A DNA stretch of 64,000 bases from an uncultured Bacteroidia bacterium. GTDB taxonomy: Bacteria > Bacteroidota > Bacteroidia > J057. Position numbers and translations under genes: made by a program. The stretch's first letter is position 1. The number at the start of each line of letters is the position of its first letter. The stretch is taken from NCBI GenBank assembly GCA_964564415.1, contig CAZMAV010000009.1:80341-144340 (forward strand), in the 5' to 3' direction. Shown in pieces: positions 35,968 to 46,480 of the stretch. Below the pieces are notes generated by a model. It was not told where the DNA came from, did not search any database, and saw nothing but the letters and a program-made list of their open reading frames with translations.

Positions 35968-37065
35968 ATGAAGAGCTTGCGCTACCTCCTTCCCACTTTA
36001 TTGGTATTGGCACTGCTGGCCTGCCAAAAAGACCCGCCCATTGTCAGCCCTCAGCGTCTGCCTTTCGTTCCGGATATTCCGGATCACGTGGAGGCCATGA
36101 CCATTCCCGACTACAATCCCATCACGCAAGCCAAGGTAGACCTGGGTAAAAAGCTTTTTTTTGACCCTATCCTTTCTGCGGATACCACTGTTGCATGCGC
36201 CTCATGCCACAAGCAATCCAATGCTTTTACGGCCTCAAGTCCCAGCAGTCCCGGGGTAGGAGGTGCATTGGGTTTTCTTCCTGAAGAAAGGCGAAATTCC
36301 ATGCCCCTCTTTAACCTCGCCAATGATAGGTTTTTGTTTTGGGATGGAGCTGTACACGCTGCCGAAGGAGCTTATAATGAATTGGAAATACAGGCCCTCA
36401 AGCCCATTACCAATACCTTCGAAATGATCAATACCCTCGAGGAGGTCAATCGCCGCCTCAAGGAGCATCCAGAGTATCCCCAACTTTTCCAAAAAGCTTT
36501 TGACGATACGATCAAGGATCAATACATAGCCATGGCCCTGGCTTCCTTCGAACGTACCCTGGTGAGTTACAATACTAAGTATGACCGTTACCTGGCAGGG
36601 GGGCTGGACAGCACAGTCTTTACTGCCCAGGAGTGGAGAGGTCTCAGGGTATATTTTGATGAAAGGGAAGGGGCCAAACATGCGGAGTGCTTTCACTGTC
36701 ATGGGGGTCCCAACCTCAACGATCCTGGTCAGGTGTTCAGAAACAATGGCCTTTTCCCCTCCAACGATCCCTTTGGAGAAGACCTGGGTGCTTTTAGGGT
36801 ATTTGGGCAGGAGGTAGGGGTCAAATTCAAGGTGCCCTCCCTGAGAAATATTTCTTTTACAGCCCCCTACATGCATGATGGCCGTTTTCAGACCTTGGAT
36901 GAGGTATTGGATTTTTACCAAAAAGGAGGTGATCCCAATAATCCCAACCGGGACCGCTTGATGCAAACCATGGGTTTTACAGACCAGGAAAAGGAAGACC
37001 TGAAAGCCTTCCTCCTCACGCTTAGCGACAGCTTATTTATTACCAATCCAGCCTTCCGGCCTTAG
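35968..37065 (+). CDS. Di-haem cytochrome c peroxidase family protein (CCP/MauG/MbnH-like)
   Basis: 365 aa. Lipoprotein signal. Two CxxCH haem-binding motifs ('CASCH' and 'CFHCH'). 'PSLRNISFTAPYMHDGRFQTLDEVLDFY' is the conserved CCP C-terminal region. Confidence 0.8.
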   Translation: MKSLRYLLPTLLVLALLACQKDPPIVSPQRLPFVPDIPDHVEAMTIPDYNPITQAKVDLGKKLFFDPILSADTTVACASCHKQSNAFTASSPSSPGVGGALGFLPEERRNSMPLFNLANDRFLFWDGAVHAAEGAYNELEIQALKPITNTFEMINTLEEVNRRLKEHPEYPQLFQKAFDDTIKDQYIAMALASFERTLVSYNTKYDRYLAGGLDSTVFTAQEWRGLRVYFDEREGAKHAECFHCHGGPNLNDPGQVFRNNGLFPSNDPFGEDLGAFRVFGQEVGVKFKVPSLRNISFTAPYMHDGRFQTLDEVLDFYQKGGDPNNPNRDRLMQTMGFTDQEKEDLKAFLLTLSDSLFITNPAFRP

Positions 37066-37606
37066 AAAAAGGAAGGTTGCTGCGGCCAGGAGTGTGAAGT
37101 CCGTATTCCTTTGAAATTTTGTGTTCAGCCTCTGTCCAAAGATCAAGGGGAGTGTAGGCCAGATGGCGGCTTTGAAGGCAGATAGAAGCACGACCCCCGG
37201 GCAGGCTTCGGTAAACCAACCAGTACACCCTGGCCTCCCAGGTAAAAATATATTCCTTGACTTCCCTGCCAGCCTCAACTTCACTGACCTCTTTGGCCTG
37301 GATGTGGTCAAAATAGGCCAGGCAATCTTGAAATGACTTTTTGGCCTCTCTTCGCTTATCGAAGTATCGCTCCATGCGCACGTCAAAGAGTCGGTCCCTG
37401 TGAAACTCGTAATCGAAGTTGGCCTTCCTCCAACTTGCCTCAATGCTGCCTGCTTTCAGGCTTTTGGTTTTGGCGCCTTTAACCTCTTCTACTTGTCGGA
37501 AAATGCCATGGCTACTTTGACCAAAGGAAAAAAACATAGGATTTTGTCCCTTCATAGAACTGGCAAATAAAATAGCGAAAAGGATAAGCAAGTATTTGTT
37601 GATCAT
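37040..37606 (-). CDS. Hypothetical secreted protein
   Basis: 188 aa. Signal 'LLILFAILFASSMKGQ'. Its 3' end overlaps the CCP gene 3' end by 26 bp (convergent). Confidence 0.4.
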   Translation of the reverse strand: MINKYLLILFAILFASSMKGQNPMFFSFGQSSHGIFRQVEEVKGAKTKSLKAGSIEASWRKANFDYEFHRDRLFDVRMERYFDKRREAKKSFQDCLAYFDHIQAKEVSEVEAGREVKEYIFTWEARVYWLVYRSLPGGRASICLQSRHLAYTPLDLWTEAEHKISKEYGLHTPGRSNLPFSKAGRLDW

Positions 37607-37865
37607 GGGTTTGTAGATTGAAAAAGCTCTGAAAAACGGATGTTAGGCATGTAGAAGTCTGGGTTTTGTTTCGGTAGTAAGGTTTGTTTGGTTTTTGTAT
37701 TAAATTATACGTAAAATTAAAATAAATGTGCTTAGAATGCCATCCAAACGGGTAGGGGATATGTCAGATCGGGAGGGGATTTTATCGAAAATCCCGAAAG
37801 TGAAAAGGGGCAGGGTTGTTAAATCAGGGGTGGAGCCAAGACATTAGGCCGATCCTCATTAGAGG

Positions 37866-39806
37866 TTGAGAAAGAATCCTTACTTTAGGTCTGTGAAGGA
37901 AGTCATTAGGATCGGATTGATTGCTGTGTTGCTGCTGGGATGGACGAGAGGGCAGGACCTCAAGATAAGTTTTGACCGGCAAAACAACTTCACCTATTCA
38001 ACTCAGAGCCTGCTTTCTTACCGGCTAAAGAAGGAAAACTACCGAATACAGGTCATCTGGGATCAAGACCTTATCCTAAATACCAACAGAAATCCTTCCT
38101 CTCTGGTCCTCTTCAACATCCGCGCCCAAGTCTGGCAGCACCACAGGGTAGGGGACTCTCTGGAAATAAGCTCTTTTACAGAAGTAGAGCAGTTTTGGAC
38201 CACGCAAAACCAGCGTTACAGCCAGTATTTTGGTCTCAACTATCGGTGGAAAACCTGGCTCAGCCTTACCCCCATGCTGGGATATAGTTGGGATTATCGG
38301 TCGGCCCGCCTGGATCAGGGATTCTCACCTGCCCTAAGCCTGAGGTCGAGGCATCGATTCAAGGATGGTACTTTTATGGAAAACCGCCTCTGGTCCCGGT
38401 TGAAATACATTGCCCCCCGCCATCAACGCAACCTGAGCTTTAGTTCGAATTGGAACAAAAGCTTGGGGGAAGATGCCCGTATCGCATGGGGGGTGGAAAT
38501 GGGTTCCAACCAGATGGATGACTATCGCCTTTCCTCTGTCGAGCAGATCGAATCCGATACAGCCGCCGCTTTTTTGAGCCTACGATATCGGGTAGCTCCC
38601 CGGCTTACCTGGACCTCCGACAATCGTCTGATTTTCAATCGCCGCCTTTTTGATTATGAAGTCTTCGAAATAGAAGAGCCAGAATTCAATGACCTGCGCT
38701 TCAACCAGCGGCAATTGTTCAGTCTGCAGCAGCTGGACATGGTGAGAGAAAAGTGGAGTTTTCAAGGGCAGTATATCTATGAGTTTCTGGAAAGGAACTA
38801 TCAGTTGGACAATGACCTTGACCTCCCCCAGCGGGAGTTTGACCGTCGCACCCGCCGCGAAAAGCAAAAGGATGCCTTTCGACGTACCCACAGTTTCAAC
38901 CTCAATGCGGCTTACATCCCCAATGATAAGCACCGCCTCAGCCTGGAAGCCAACAACAAATACATTCAATACGATACTCCTTCGGAAGACAACTTTGATG
39001 ACCACGACGAACTGACCTATGGCCTTCGTTTGGGCTGGAAGGCCCGCTGGGACAGCAAGTTTTCCACCCAGTACGCCCTCACGGGAGGGCTGAGGCGCTA
39101 TGCCTTCCTTTTTGGGGAGAGAAGCCAGGACAACTACACCCAGCGCAACCTACGCCTGGATTTTTCCTACAATTGGTTCCCCTTGAAAAAGCTAAGGCTC
39201 TTTGGAGAGCAGCGCATCTATGTAACCTATAATGTCAAGGACTTTACGGATAAGAATCTGACGGATCGCTCTACCCGCAACCTGGAGACGAGATTGGGGG
39301 CGGACTATCTTTGGAGCCAGAAGTGGAGGTCTCGCTTTCGCTTTTACTGCAAAGAGATTCAGGTCTCCTACCTCAACTGGGCGGCCTTTTCGGAGACAGG
39401 ACTGGATACGACGACCACCCTTCGAGTAGAAATGAGTCATAGCTATGTGCATGGATTGGGGCAGGGGCCCTACCGGCTCCGCTATGATTTTGGTTATCGC
39501 CACGCGGGCCGTTTTCGCTTTTTAAACTCTTCCATGACGAGTTTGGAGAATGTGTTGACTCCGATCAACCTTCACATTCGGACGCAGCAGACGGGTCCTT
39601 CGACGGGCATAGAATTGATGGGTAGGCAGGGCAGCCTTTTTGAGCTTGATCTGTGGTGGCAGTGGCAGATTCAGGATTTTGTCTATGATGAAGTATCCAG
39701 GTTTTCCACGCTTTCCTCCAATTATCAGGAGGAGCAGCTACGGAGGGTAGACCTGAGCTTCAGGCCCTTCATTCGACTCCGGCTCAATCTTTGGCTTGGG
39801 GCATGA
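37866..39806 (+). CDS. Putative outer-membrane beta-barrel protein (aromatic-, R- and Y-rich, alternating strands)
   Basis: 646 aa. N-terminal hydrophobic segment. High W/Y/R/F content and strand-like alternation throughout. Only a TTG start is available in frame, because a stop codon lies at 37860-37862. Confidence 0.45.
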   Translation: MRKNPYFRSVKEVIRIGLIAVLLLGWTRGQDLKISFDRQNNFTYSTQSLLSYRLKKENYRIQVIWDQDLILNTNRNPSSLVLFNIRAQVWQHHRVGDSLEISSFTEVEQFWTTQNQRYSQYFGLNYRWKTWLSLTPMLGYSWDYRSARLDQGFSPALSLRSRHRFKDGTFMENRLWSRLKYIAPRHQRNLSFSSNWNKSLGEDARIAWGVEMGSNQMDDYRLSSVEQIESDTAAAFLSLRYRVAPRLTWTSDNRLIFNRRLFDYEVFEIEEPEFNDLRFNQRQLFSLQQLDMVREKWSFQGQYIYEFLERNYQLDNDLDLPQREFDRRTRREKQKDAFRRTHSFNLNAAYIPNDKHRLSLEANNKYIQYDTPSEDNFDDHDELTYGLRLGWKARWDSKFSTQYALTGGLRRYAFLFGERSQDNYTQRNLRLDFSYNWFPLKKLRLFGEQRIYVTYNVKDFTDKNLTDRSTRNLETRLGADYLWSQKWRSRFRFYCKEIQVSYLNWAAFSETGLDTTTTLRVEMSHSYVHGLGQGPYRLRYDFGYRHAGRFRFLNSSMTSLENVLTPINLHIRTQQTGPSTGIELMGRQGSLFELDLWWQWQIQDFVYDEVSRFSTLSSNYQEEQLRRVDLSFRPFIRLRLNLWLGA

Positions 39807-40617
39807 GCTGCAGGATTTCGGGGAGAATTTTCCCACTGGGGCCTTGTAGGTAGAAGCCTCGGCCGCTTTCTATGGCCTCATAAGAAAATAGGCTGGGTTC
39901 TATGTTGATGTCGATCAGAAGGGCTCCGGAGCGTAAGGCGGTATCCACCACCTGTATGGGTAGGGTAGTGGCCCCTGAAGTTCCAATGGTAATTAGAATA
40001 TCTGTCTGTGCGGCCACGGCCAGGGAACTTTTAAAGCGAAAGTATTTTTCATTGTAGACTTCGTCAAACCAAAGGACATGGGGACGGGTCATCTCTCCGC
40101 ATTTGGGACAGCGGAGCAGGTTCATTTCGGCGTCGCTGAAAAGGCTATTTCTAAGCTTGGCTCCTACTTTTTTTGGAAATGGATAGAGGTCTGTGCTGCA
40201 ATCCTGGCTACATCGGACATAATCCAGGGTGCCGTGAATCATAAAAGTCCTCTCCAGGCTGTTGCCAGCTCTGAGGTGGAGGCCGTCTACGTTTTGGGTG
40301 ATGAGGGTAAAGCGATCTTCAAGGAGGTTTTCCAGTTCGACCAAAGCGTAATGTCCGGGATTGGGCAGGGCACGCTGGCAGACCGTCCGGCGAAAGAGGT
40401 ACCACATCCAGACATCCCGGGGGTGCTTGACAAACATATCATGGGTAGCGATCTCCTCGGGGGTATACTTTTCGGAGCCTACCTTCCAGTATCCTTGAGG
40501 GCCTCTAAAGGTAGGAATACCACTTTCGGCCGATACCCCTGCACCGGTCAGTACCGTCAATCGGCCCTTCCCCTGAATGAACTGCTGTATTTCCCTCTTG
40601 AGTTTTTCCGAAATCAT
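39784..40617 (-). CDS. cobB: NAD-dependent protein deacylase, sirtuin (SIR2/CobB) family
   Basis: 277 aa. 'GAGVSAESGIPTFRGPQGYW', 'QNVDGLH', a Zn ribbon 'CSQDC...CPKCG', and 'RPHVLWFDE'. Confidence 0.8.
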   Translation of the reverse strand: MISEKLKREIQQFIQGKGRLTVLTGAGVSAESGIPTFRGPQGYWKVGSEKYTPEEIATHDMFVKHPRDVWMWYLFRRTVCQRALPNPGHYALVELENLLEDRFTLITQNVDGLHLRAGNSLERTFMIHGTLDYVRCSQDCSTDLYPFPKKVGAKLRNSLFSDAEMNLLRCPKCGEMTRPHVLWFDEVYNEKYFRFKSSLAVAAQTDILITIGTSGATTLPIQVVDTALRSGALLIDINIEPSLFSYEAIESGRGFYLQGPSGKILPEILQLMPQAKD

Positions 40618-40723
40618 GTCGATCGACCTATTCCTACTAAATTAAGTAACTAGGGCCTTCCTCTGCAAATTTGATTTTTCGAAGTAAAGAAATGAATGAT
40701 AGCCGTGAAAGAAAAAAATGTAC

Positions 40724-41182
40724 CTATTCTTCTCCAATACTGGATTCTCCCAGGTATTTTTGGATGGTCTCTCTGATATTCTCTGTGAAAAGGTCAAATT
40801 CAAAATCCTTCTCCAGCCAATGAGCGATGAATGGATAGGCTTCCTGGTGAGCGGCAAGGGCAGGAAGGACAGTGGAAATTAGAATAAAGGTAGAAGAAAC
40901 AAGGGGCGCGAGTTCCTGAGCCACATTTAGCCCAACTTCAGAGGGGAGGTTAAAATCAATGAAAATGAGGACCTGCTCGTCTAGGTCTAGTTCGCCGGAG
41001 CGAAAGGCTTCAACAAAGTCTTTGCCTGCCTGGTAGTGGTAAAAACCCCCATCAAACTGTATGCGGTTAAGAGCAGCTTGGAAAAGTACCACATCTGAAG
41101 GGGTATCTTCCACCAGTATGATTTTGTAAGGACTTGCCAAAGGTATGTTACATTTTAATATCAATAGAAGTTTGGATAGCAA
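40724..41182 (-). CDS. Stand-alone receiver-domain protein (orphan response regulator)
   Basis: 152 aa. 'IILVEDTPSDVVLFQAAL' and 'LIFIDFNLP' are REC-domain motifs. Confidence 0.55.
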   Translation of the reverse strand: MLSKLLLILKCNIPLASPYKIILVEDTPSDVVLFQAALNRIQFDGGFYHYQAGKDFVEAFRSGELDLDEQVLIFIDFNLPSEVGLNVAQELAPLVSSTFILISTVLPALAAHQEAYPFIAHWLEKDFEFDLFTENIRETIQKYLGESSIGEE

Positions 41183-41429
41183 TCATGGTTCGCCATCACA
41201 AACCGAGATCAAGGCATCTGTGTAGGTATAAAATCACAGGCTTGCTAACGGCATGAATTACTGACTGATACGCATTATTTGCAACGATCTGTAAGATAAA
41301 TACAGCTTTAAAAGCCTAATGAGCCCTGCACTTAAAAAGTTAGAAAAACTATTTCGTTATATATCAAATCATCCCCTTTTCGGTTTGTCATAGCGCTTAA
41401 AGGGGCAATTTTTAGCCCTGTTTGGCGGG

Positions 41430-42551
41430 TTAATACATCTCATATCCTTGAAATTTGCAGGGAAGGGGTCCATTGAAGAGCTGTATTCTTTTCATGGGTT
41501 TGAGGCCGACGTGCTTGATGGCCTCCATGTTGGAACTGATCAGCCAGGCCTTCCATCCCTTGTACTTCTGCTTGAAGCAATCCCCGATCTCCTTGTAGAA
41601 GCCCTTGATGTCGGCGTGGACGAGTCGTTCGTCATAGGGAGGATTCATCAGCAGATATCCTGAATCTGCCGGGGCTTCTGCTTTTAAGAAAGATTGTTTG
41701 AGGGGCTGAATGTGGGACTCCAGTCCTGCAGCCCGGATATTTTCGTCAGCGGCCTTGATGCTAACGGGAGAAATATCGGCGGCAAAAATAGGTGCCCTGG
41801 CTTCTGTCCTCAGGTCCATGGCCTCTTCTACCACCCTCTCCCATGCTTTTGAGTCAAAGTCGGACCACTGCTGAAAGCCAAATCCCTTGCGAAGAAGCCC
41901 GGGGGCCGTCCGAATAGCCATGAGTCCGGCCTCGATGGGAAGGGTACCCGAACCACACATTGGATCAAAAAAGGCTTCCTCTCCTTTCCAACCCGAAAGC
42001 ATGATCATCCCTGCAGCCAGGACCTCATTGATAGGGGCCTTGGTATTCAGCTTTCGATAGCCCCTGAGGTGAAGGGAGTCCCCGGAACTGTCTAGGTAGG
42101 TGCTCACCTCATCCCCACGAATATTGACATGGATGCGTACATCCGGCCTTTTGAGGTCGACAGAGGGGCGTCGACCTCTTTTTTGTCTAAATCGGTCTAC
42201 CAGGGCATCCTTGGTCTTAAGAGCGACATAGTGAGAATTTTTGAAGAGGTGGGAGCCTGTGACGGCATCTATGGCAAAAAATTGGTCGGCCTGAAGGTAG
42301 TCTTCCCAGGGAATCTTCTTCATCTGCTGATAGAGGTCCTCCTCCGTAGCCGCCCTAAAATTCCTAATACCCATGAGGATGCGTATGGCACTGCGAAGAA
42401 ACATGTTGCTGCGATACATAAGGGCAGGGTCTCCCTCAAAGGATACTGCTCGCTTGAGTAGCTTAATCTGATGCGCTCCCAAGAGCTTCAGTTCATCTGC
42501 CAGAACCTGCTCCAGCCCCTGAAAAGTCTTTGCGATAAAAAAATCTGACAT
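41430..42551 (-). CDS. THUMP-domain class I SAM-dependent RNA methyltransferase (RlmL/COG0116-like)
   Basis: 373 aa. N-terminal THUMP-like region. SAM-binding 'FDPMCGSGTLPIEA'. Catalytic 'LLMNPPYDERL' (an NPPY motif). Confidence 0.7.
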   Translation of the reverse strand: MSDFFIAKTFQGLEQVLADELKLLGAHQIKLLKRAVSFEGDPALMYRSNMFLRSAIRILMGIRNFRAATEEDLYQQMKKIPWEDYLQADQFFAIDAVTGSHLFKNSHYVALKTKDALVDRFRQKRGRRPSVDLKRPDVRIHVNIRGDEVSTYLDSSGDSLHLRGYRKLNTKAPINEVLAAGMIMLSGWKGEEAFFDPMCGSGTLPIEAGLMAIRTAPGLLRKGFGFQQWSDFDSKAWERVVEEAMDLRTEARAPIFAADISPVSIKAADENIRAAGLESHIQPLKQSFLKAEAPADSGYLLMNPPYDERLVHADIKGFYKEIGDCFKQKYKGWKAWLISSNMEAIKHVGLKPMKRIQLFNGPLPCKFQGYEMY

Positions 42552-43017
42552 CTACCTGTGGAATTTTCCCTTCCTTCTTCTCTGTTAGGTTAGGAAGTGT
42601 GTGACAAACATACATCGGCCCGGCAGGCTTTTCCAAACAATGCCGCTTAAGGGTGGAATGGAAGGGAGCCGAGGCCCATCGTTCTTTGAAGAAGAGGAAG
42701 TCTGAATCAGATTTTTGAGGACTACGATAGCTGGAAGAGAATATTTCTGAGTTAAGTCTGCATTAAAAATGTCAATAATTGTATATTTTGCAGAATATCT
42801 TTCATCTTTGTAGCCCAAGGAATTGGCGTGGAGGTTTGGAAGGGATATGGAAAATTTAGCTGGATAAAGCTCATTGTTGCGTTTTTTCGCAGATATTGAA
42901 AAGTCTGAAACAGCTGATAATAAGCCAATCCTTTGTGTTTTAGGTTCAATTCTATATTTTTGATCGCATTTACTGCTCAATCATACATTAAATCTAAAAT
43001 TATAAAAGGCTTTAACA

Positions 43018-43932
43018 ATGGCTGATACTAACAAACCTACACCGGCTGACTACTCAAATGAGGCGAACATCAAGCCAGCCAGTCCCTTCAAGGCAATCTT
43101 TCCTTACCTGGCGATCATCGTCTGCGCCGTGGTAGCTTATTCCATTTTCTATGGAGTATTCGGTCAACCTGAAAACTTCAAGGGTGGACCCGAAGCGTAT
43201 GAGGTTTACTCGCAGTGGGAGTCCGATGGAGCCGATCCTGCTACTGAGCCTCCTCACTGGACAGACGGAGAGCCCGCCAAGGACAACCTGATGGGACTGG
43301 TCTACAAGGGTGGATTCGTTATCCCCATCGGTATGACCATTACCTTGGTTATCCTTGTTTTCTTCATCGAGCGTCTGATCACCCTGCTTCGCGCCAGCGG
43401 CCGTGGCAACACCGACGTCTTTGTGAAGAAAATTCGTCTGATGCTTTCCAGAGGAGAGATTACTGAAGCCGCCATGGAGTGCGACAAGCAGAAAGGCTCT
43501 GTTGGAAACGTCATCAAAGCCGGGCTTCGCAAGTACCAGGAAATGGAAGCGGCTTCTGACCTCGACAAAGAAACCCGCAAAAACGCCATCCAAGCCGAAT
43601 TGGAAGAGGCCACTATGCTGGAACTTCCCATGCTGGAGCGCAACCTTCCCATCCTGGCCACCATGGCTTCTCTGGGTGTACTTGTAGGTCTGTTTGGTAC
43701 CGTACTCGGTATGATTCGCGCCTTCTCCGCCTTGGGTGAAGGAGGAGCGCCAAACGCTGCGGAGCTCTCCGTCGGTATCTCCGAGGCCTTGATCAACACA
43801 GCCTTCGGTATTGCCAATTCTGCGGTTTCCGTATTGCTCTACAACTTCTTTACGACTCAGATCGATAAGATGACTTACGCCATGGATGAAGCAGGCTATA
43901 GCATCGTTCAGACTTTCGACGTGAACAACTAA
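43018..43932 (+). CDS. exbB: MotA/TolQ/ExbB proton-channel family protein
   Basis: 304 aa. Three TM segments in the C-terminal half and 'LSVGISEALINTAFGIANS'. Sits first in an exbB-exbD-exbD-tonB array. Confidence 0.8.
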   Translation: MADTNKPTPADYSNEANIKPASPFKAIFPYLAIIVCAVVAYSIFYGVFGQPENFKGGPEAYEVYSQWESDGADPATEPPHWTDGEPAKDNLMGLVYKGGFVIPIGMTITLVILVFFIERLITLLRASGRGNTDVFVKKIRLMLSRGEITEAAMECDKQKGSVGNVIKAGLRKYQEMEAASDLDKETRKNAIQAELEEATMLELPMLERNLPILATMASLGVLVGLFGTVLGMIRAFSALGEGGAPNAAELSVGISEALINTAFGIANSAVSVLLYNFFTTQIDKMTYAMDEAGYSIVQTFDVNN

Positions 43933-44026
43933 TTTAGCCTCAAGAAATATACGCTTACAGTTCCAGGTTTTTTGGGGCTGTAAGCCTTTCCTTGAAGCAT
44001 TGTTTCATTCATTAATCCCGTGATCA

Positions 44027-44677
44027 ATGGCTAAGAAACCCAAACGTGGGGCACCGACGATCGACATGACCGCAATGGTGGACGTGGCTTTCCTTCTCCT
44101 CACATTTTTTATCCTGACCACGACCCGCTTCCGCGAGGAGGAAAAGGTCGAGGTGGATACTCCTTCTTCTGTGTCAGACCTCGAGGTAAAAGACCAGGGC
44201 CTGATGACCGTTTCCATCGGCTCTGAAGGGGAGGTCTATGTAGGATTTACCGATATCAAGACCCGTACAGGTATATTAAATTTGTATATCCAGGAGAAAC
44301 TCTCCGAAGATGGCAAAAGTATCTCCGAAGATGGAGCCCGCTACTTCTCCACCCTTCAGGAGTTTGGCGTACCCCTGGGTCAGATTTCCGCCTGGCTCAA
44401 CGAAACCGGAGAATTCACCATGTCAGAATTCCCACACGAAGGTATACCAACTCCCGATCCCGACTCGGCTACCACGGATAATCCCAACGAACTTAAGGAG
44501 TGGATTAGATGGGGCCGACTCACAGACCAGCGGATGCGCTTTGCCATCAAAGGCGACGTGGATACCCAATATGAAATCATCTCCAATGTCATCTCTTCCC
44601 TTCAAGACTGGAAAATCAACCAGTTTAGCCTCATCACTGAGCAGGAAGACGGAAGCGAAGCAGAGGAAGAAGAATAA
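44027..44677 (+). CDS. exbD: ExbD/TolR family biopolymer transport protein
   Basis: 'TIDMTAMVDVAFLLLTFFILTT' is the ExbD N-terminal TM signature. Confidence 0.8.
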   Translation: MAKKPKRGAPTIDMTAMVDVAFLLLTFFILTTTRFREEEKVEVDTPSSVSDLEVKDQGLMTVSIGSEGEVYVGFTDIKTRTGILNLYIQEKLSEDGKSISEDGARYFSTLQEFGVPLGQISAWLNETGEFTMSEFPHEGIPTPDPDSATTDNPNELKEWIRWGRLTDQRMRFAIKGDVDTQYEIISNVISSLQDWKINQFSLITEQEDGSEAEEEE

Positions 44678-44727
44678 AAAATTAGTATATTAACTGGTGA
44701 TTCGATCACCTCAAACATGCTTACGAC

Positions 44728-45327
44728 ATGGCAGATGTAGAACAGTCGCAAGACAGTGGCAAAAAAGGCAGTGGCCCGAAGACGAAAAAGAAATCTACGC
44801 GGATCGATATGACCGCCATGGTGGACGTGGCCTTCCTCCTGCTTACCTTTTTTGTACTGACAGCCACCATGACCAATACCAACGTGATGGAGCTGACCAT
44901 GCCTCCCAAAACGGATGAAAACATTGATGAGGAGGATAAGTACAAAAAGATCGACGAAAAGAAGATCATGACCATCCTTTTGTATGAAAATGATACGGTC
45001 AAGTACTTTACAGGCATCACCGACCCGGAGGTAAAGAGTACCAATTACAGTGAAACTGGAATTGGCAAAGCTATCCGTGGACACCTCAATTATTACAGGG
45101 TACTGAACATCCCTCGCTGTAAAGGGCGTCAGTCCGAAGGTTGCTGGGACCCTATCTTTCTGATCAAACCCAAGCCAATCTCCAGGTATAAGAACATGGT
45201 CGATCTGCTGGACGAATTGGCGATTGAAGGAGCTACCAAGTACGCCATCGACAAATTTAGCGACGCCGACAGCATTGTGGTCGCTGAGTCCAGAAAAAGA
45301 GAATTGGAGGGAGAAGGCGACGAGTAG
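44728..45327 (+). CDS. exbD: ExbD/TolR family biopolymer transport protein (second copy)
   Basis: 'RIDMTAMVDVAFLLLTFFVLTA'. Confidence 0.8.
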   Translation: MADVEQSQDSGKKGSGPKTKKKSTRIDMTAMVDVAFLLLTFFVLTATMTNTNVMELTMPPKTDENIDEEDKYKKIDEKKIMTILLYENDTVKYFTGITDPEVKSTNYSETGIGKAIRGHLNYYRVLNIPRCKGRQSEGCWDPIFLIKPKPISRYKNMVDLLDELAIEGATKYAIDKFSDADSIVVAESRKRELEGEGDE

Positions 45328-45610
45328 GCCACCTTTTTCCTGGATCGTTCTTTTGATTTACTGCTTATGTTGATTTTTTTTATGGAAAATCTGTACTCCC
45401 AGACTCTTTTAATAAAAGAGAGTCATGAGAAAAAATCCATTTCACCCAAGGTCTCCGGCTATGAATATTGGAAACTTAGGTAAAGCAAAATAGCAGGAGA
45501 TGCTCAGTAAAGTCCTTGGATTGGAAAAAGGACTTCAAGGTTTAACAAATTAAGCAGTAAAAGATTTAAATTTACAGATAAGGTACTCGTAAAGAGACAA
45601 ATACATCATC

Positions 45611-46456
45611 ATGGCCGCAGAACAAGCAATTGCTAGAAGAAATATTGCCGACATGGACGAGATGGTTTTTGAGGATCGCGAACACCGATACGGGGCCTAT
45701 GTGCTCCGGAAGAGGTATCCGATCCACCTGGCCATTGGTACGCTGATCACAGCTGCCATCGCGCTTTCAGGAACCTTTGGTCCATATCTGGCTGACAAAT
45801 ACGATTGGTTTGGCAAGGGCGAGGAAGCCGAGGAGACCAAGACCGTCAGTGTTTCGATCAAATTGGAAGACCTTCCTCCTCCACCTCCGGTAGACGAGGA
45901 GAAGGAACCCCCACCGCCACCACCAGACGTGCCTCCCCCAAAGGTGAAGACCGTCGCCTTCCAGATTCCAGAACCTACGCCTGAAGAAGAACTGGACCCT
46001 GAAGAAGATCAGACCATTGTCGAAGTGGAAGAGCTAAACGAAGCCCCTAACATCGGCCTGGAAGACCAGGAAGGTGAAGAATTTGGCGTCTTTACCGGTG
46101 AGGTAGACGGAGAAGGCGAGGAGTTTGACGTAGTGGTCGATAAAACTCCAGACCCTAGCGAATTCATATTTGCCGATGAACTGCCTCAGCCCATCAATAT
46201 GGAGGACATCAAAAAGCTGATTGGTTATCCGCAGATCGCCCGCGACGCAGGTATCCAGGGCAACGTGGTCGTCCGTGTATTGGTAGACAAGAAAGGGAAT
46301 TACAGGGACCACCGCATGATCAACCAGGTCCACCCCATTCTTGCCAAGGCTGTGGTGTCAAAGCTACCCCAGTTGAGATTTACTCCCGCCATTCAGGGAG
46401 GGAAGCCCATACAGTTTTGGGTAAACATTCCTTTCAATTTCAAACTCATAGACTAA
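45611..46456 (+). CDS. tonB: Energy transducer TonB
   Basis: N-terminal TM segment, a proline-rich spacer 'PPPPPVDEEKEPPPPPPDVPPPK', and the C-terminal TonB domain 'GIQGNVVVRVLVDKKGN...IPFNFKL'. Confidence 0.8.
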   Translation: MAAEQAIARRNIADMDEMVFEDREHRYGAYVLRKRYPIHLAIGTLITAAIALSGTFGPYLADKYDWFGKGEEAEETKTVSVSIKLEDLPPPPPVDEEKEPPPPPPDVPPPKVKTVAFQIPEPTPEEELDPEEDQTIVEVEELNEAPNIGLEDQEGEEFGVFTGEVDGEGEEFDVVVDKTPDPSEFIFADELPQPINMEDIKKLIGYPQIARDAGIQGNVVVRVLVDKKGNYRDHRMINQVHPILAKAVVSKLPQLRFTPAIQGGKPIQFWVNIPFNFKLID

Positions 46457-46480
46457 GGCAAATCTTTTTAAGAATAATGC

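Noticed and set aside
42585-42980. A 131-aa minus-strand ORF upstream of exbB
   Set aside because: It is AT-rich and low-complexity, with no start context or motif. The region is more plausibly the exbB promoter and leader. A TAnnTTTG-like -7 element, tatatttttg, sits about 55 nt upstream of the ATG.
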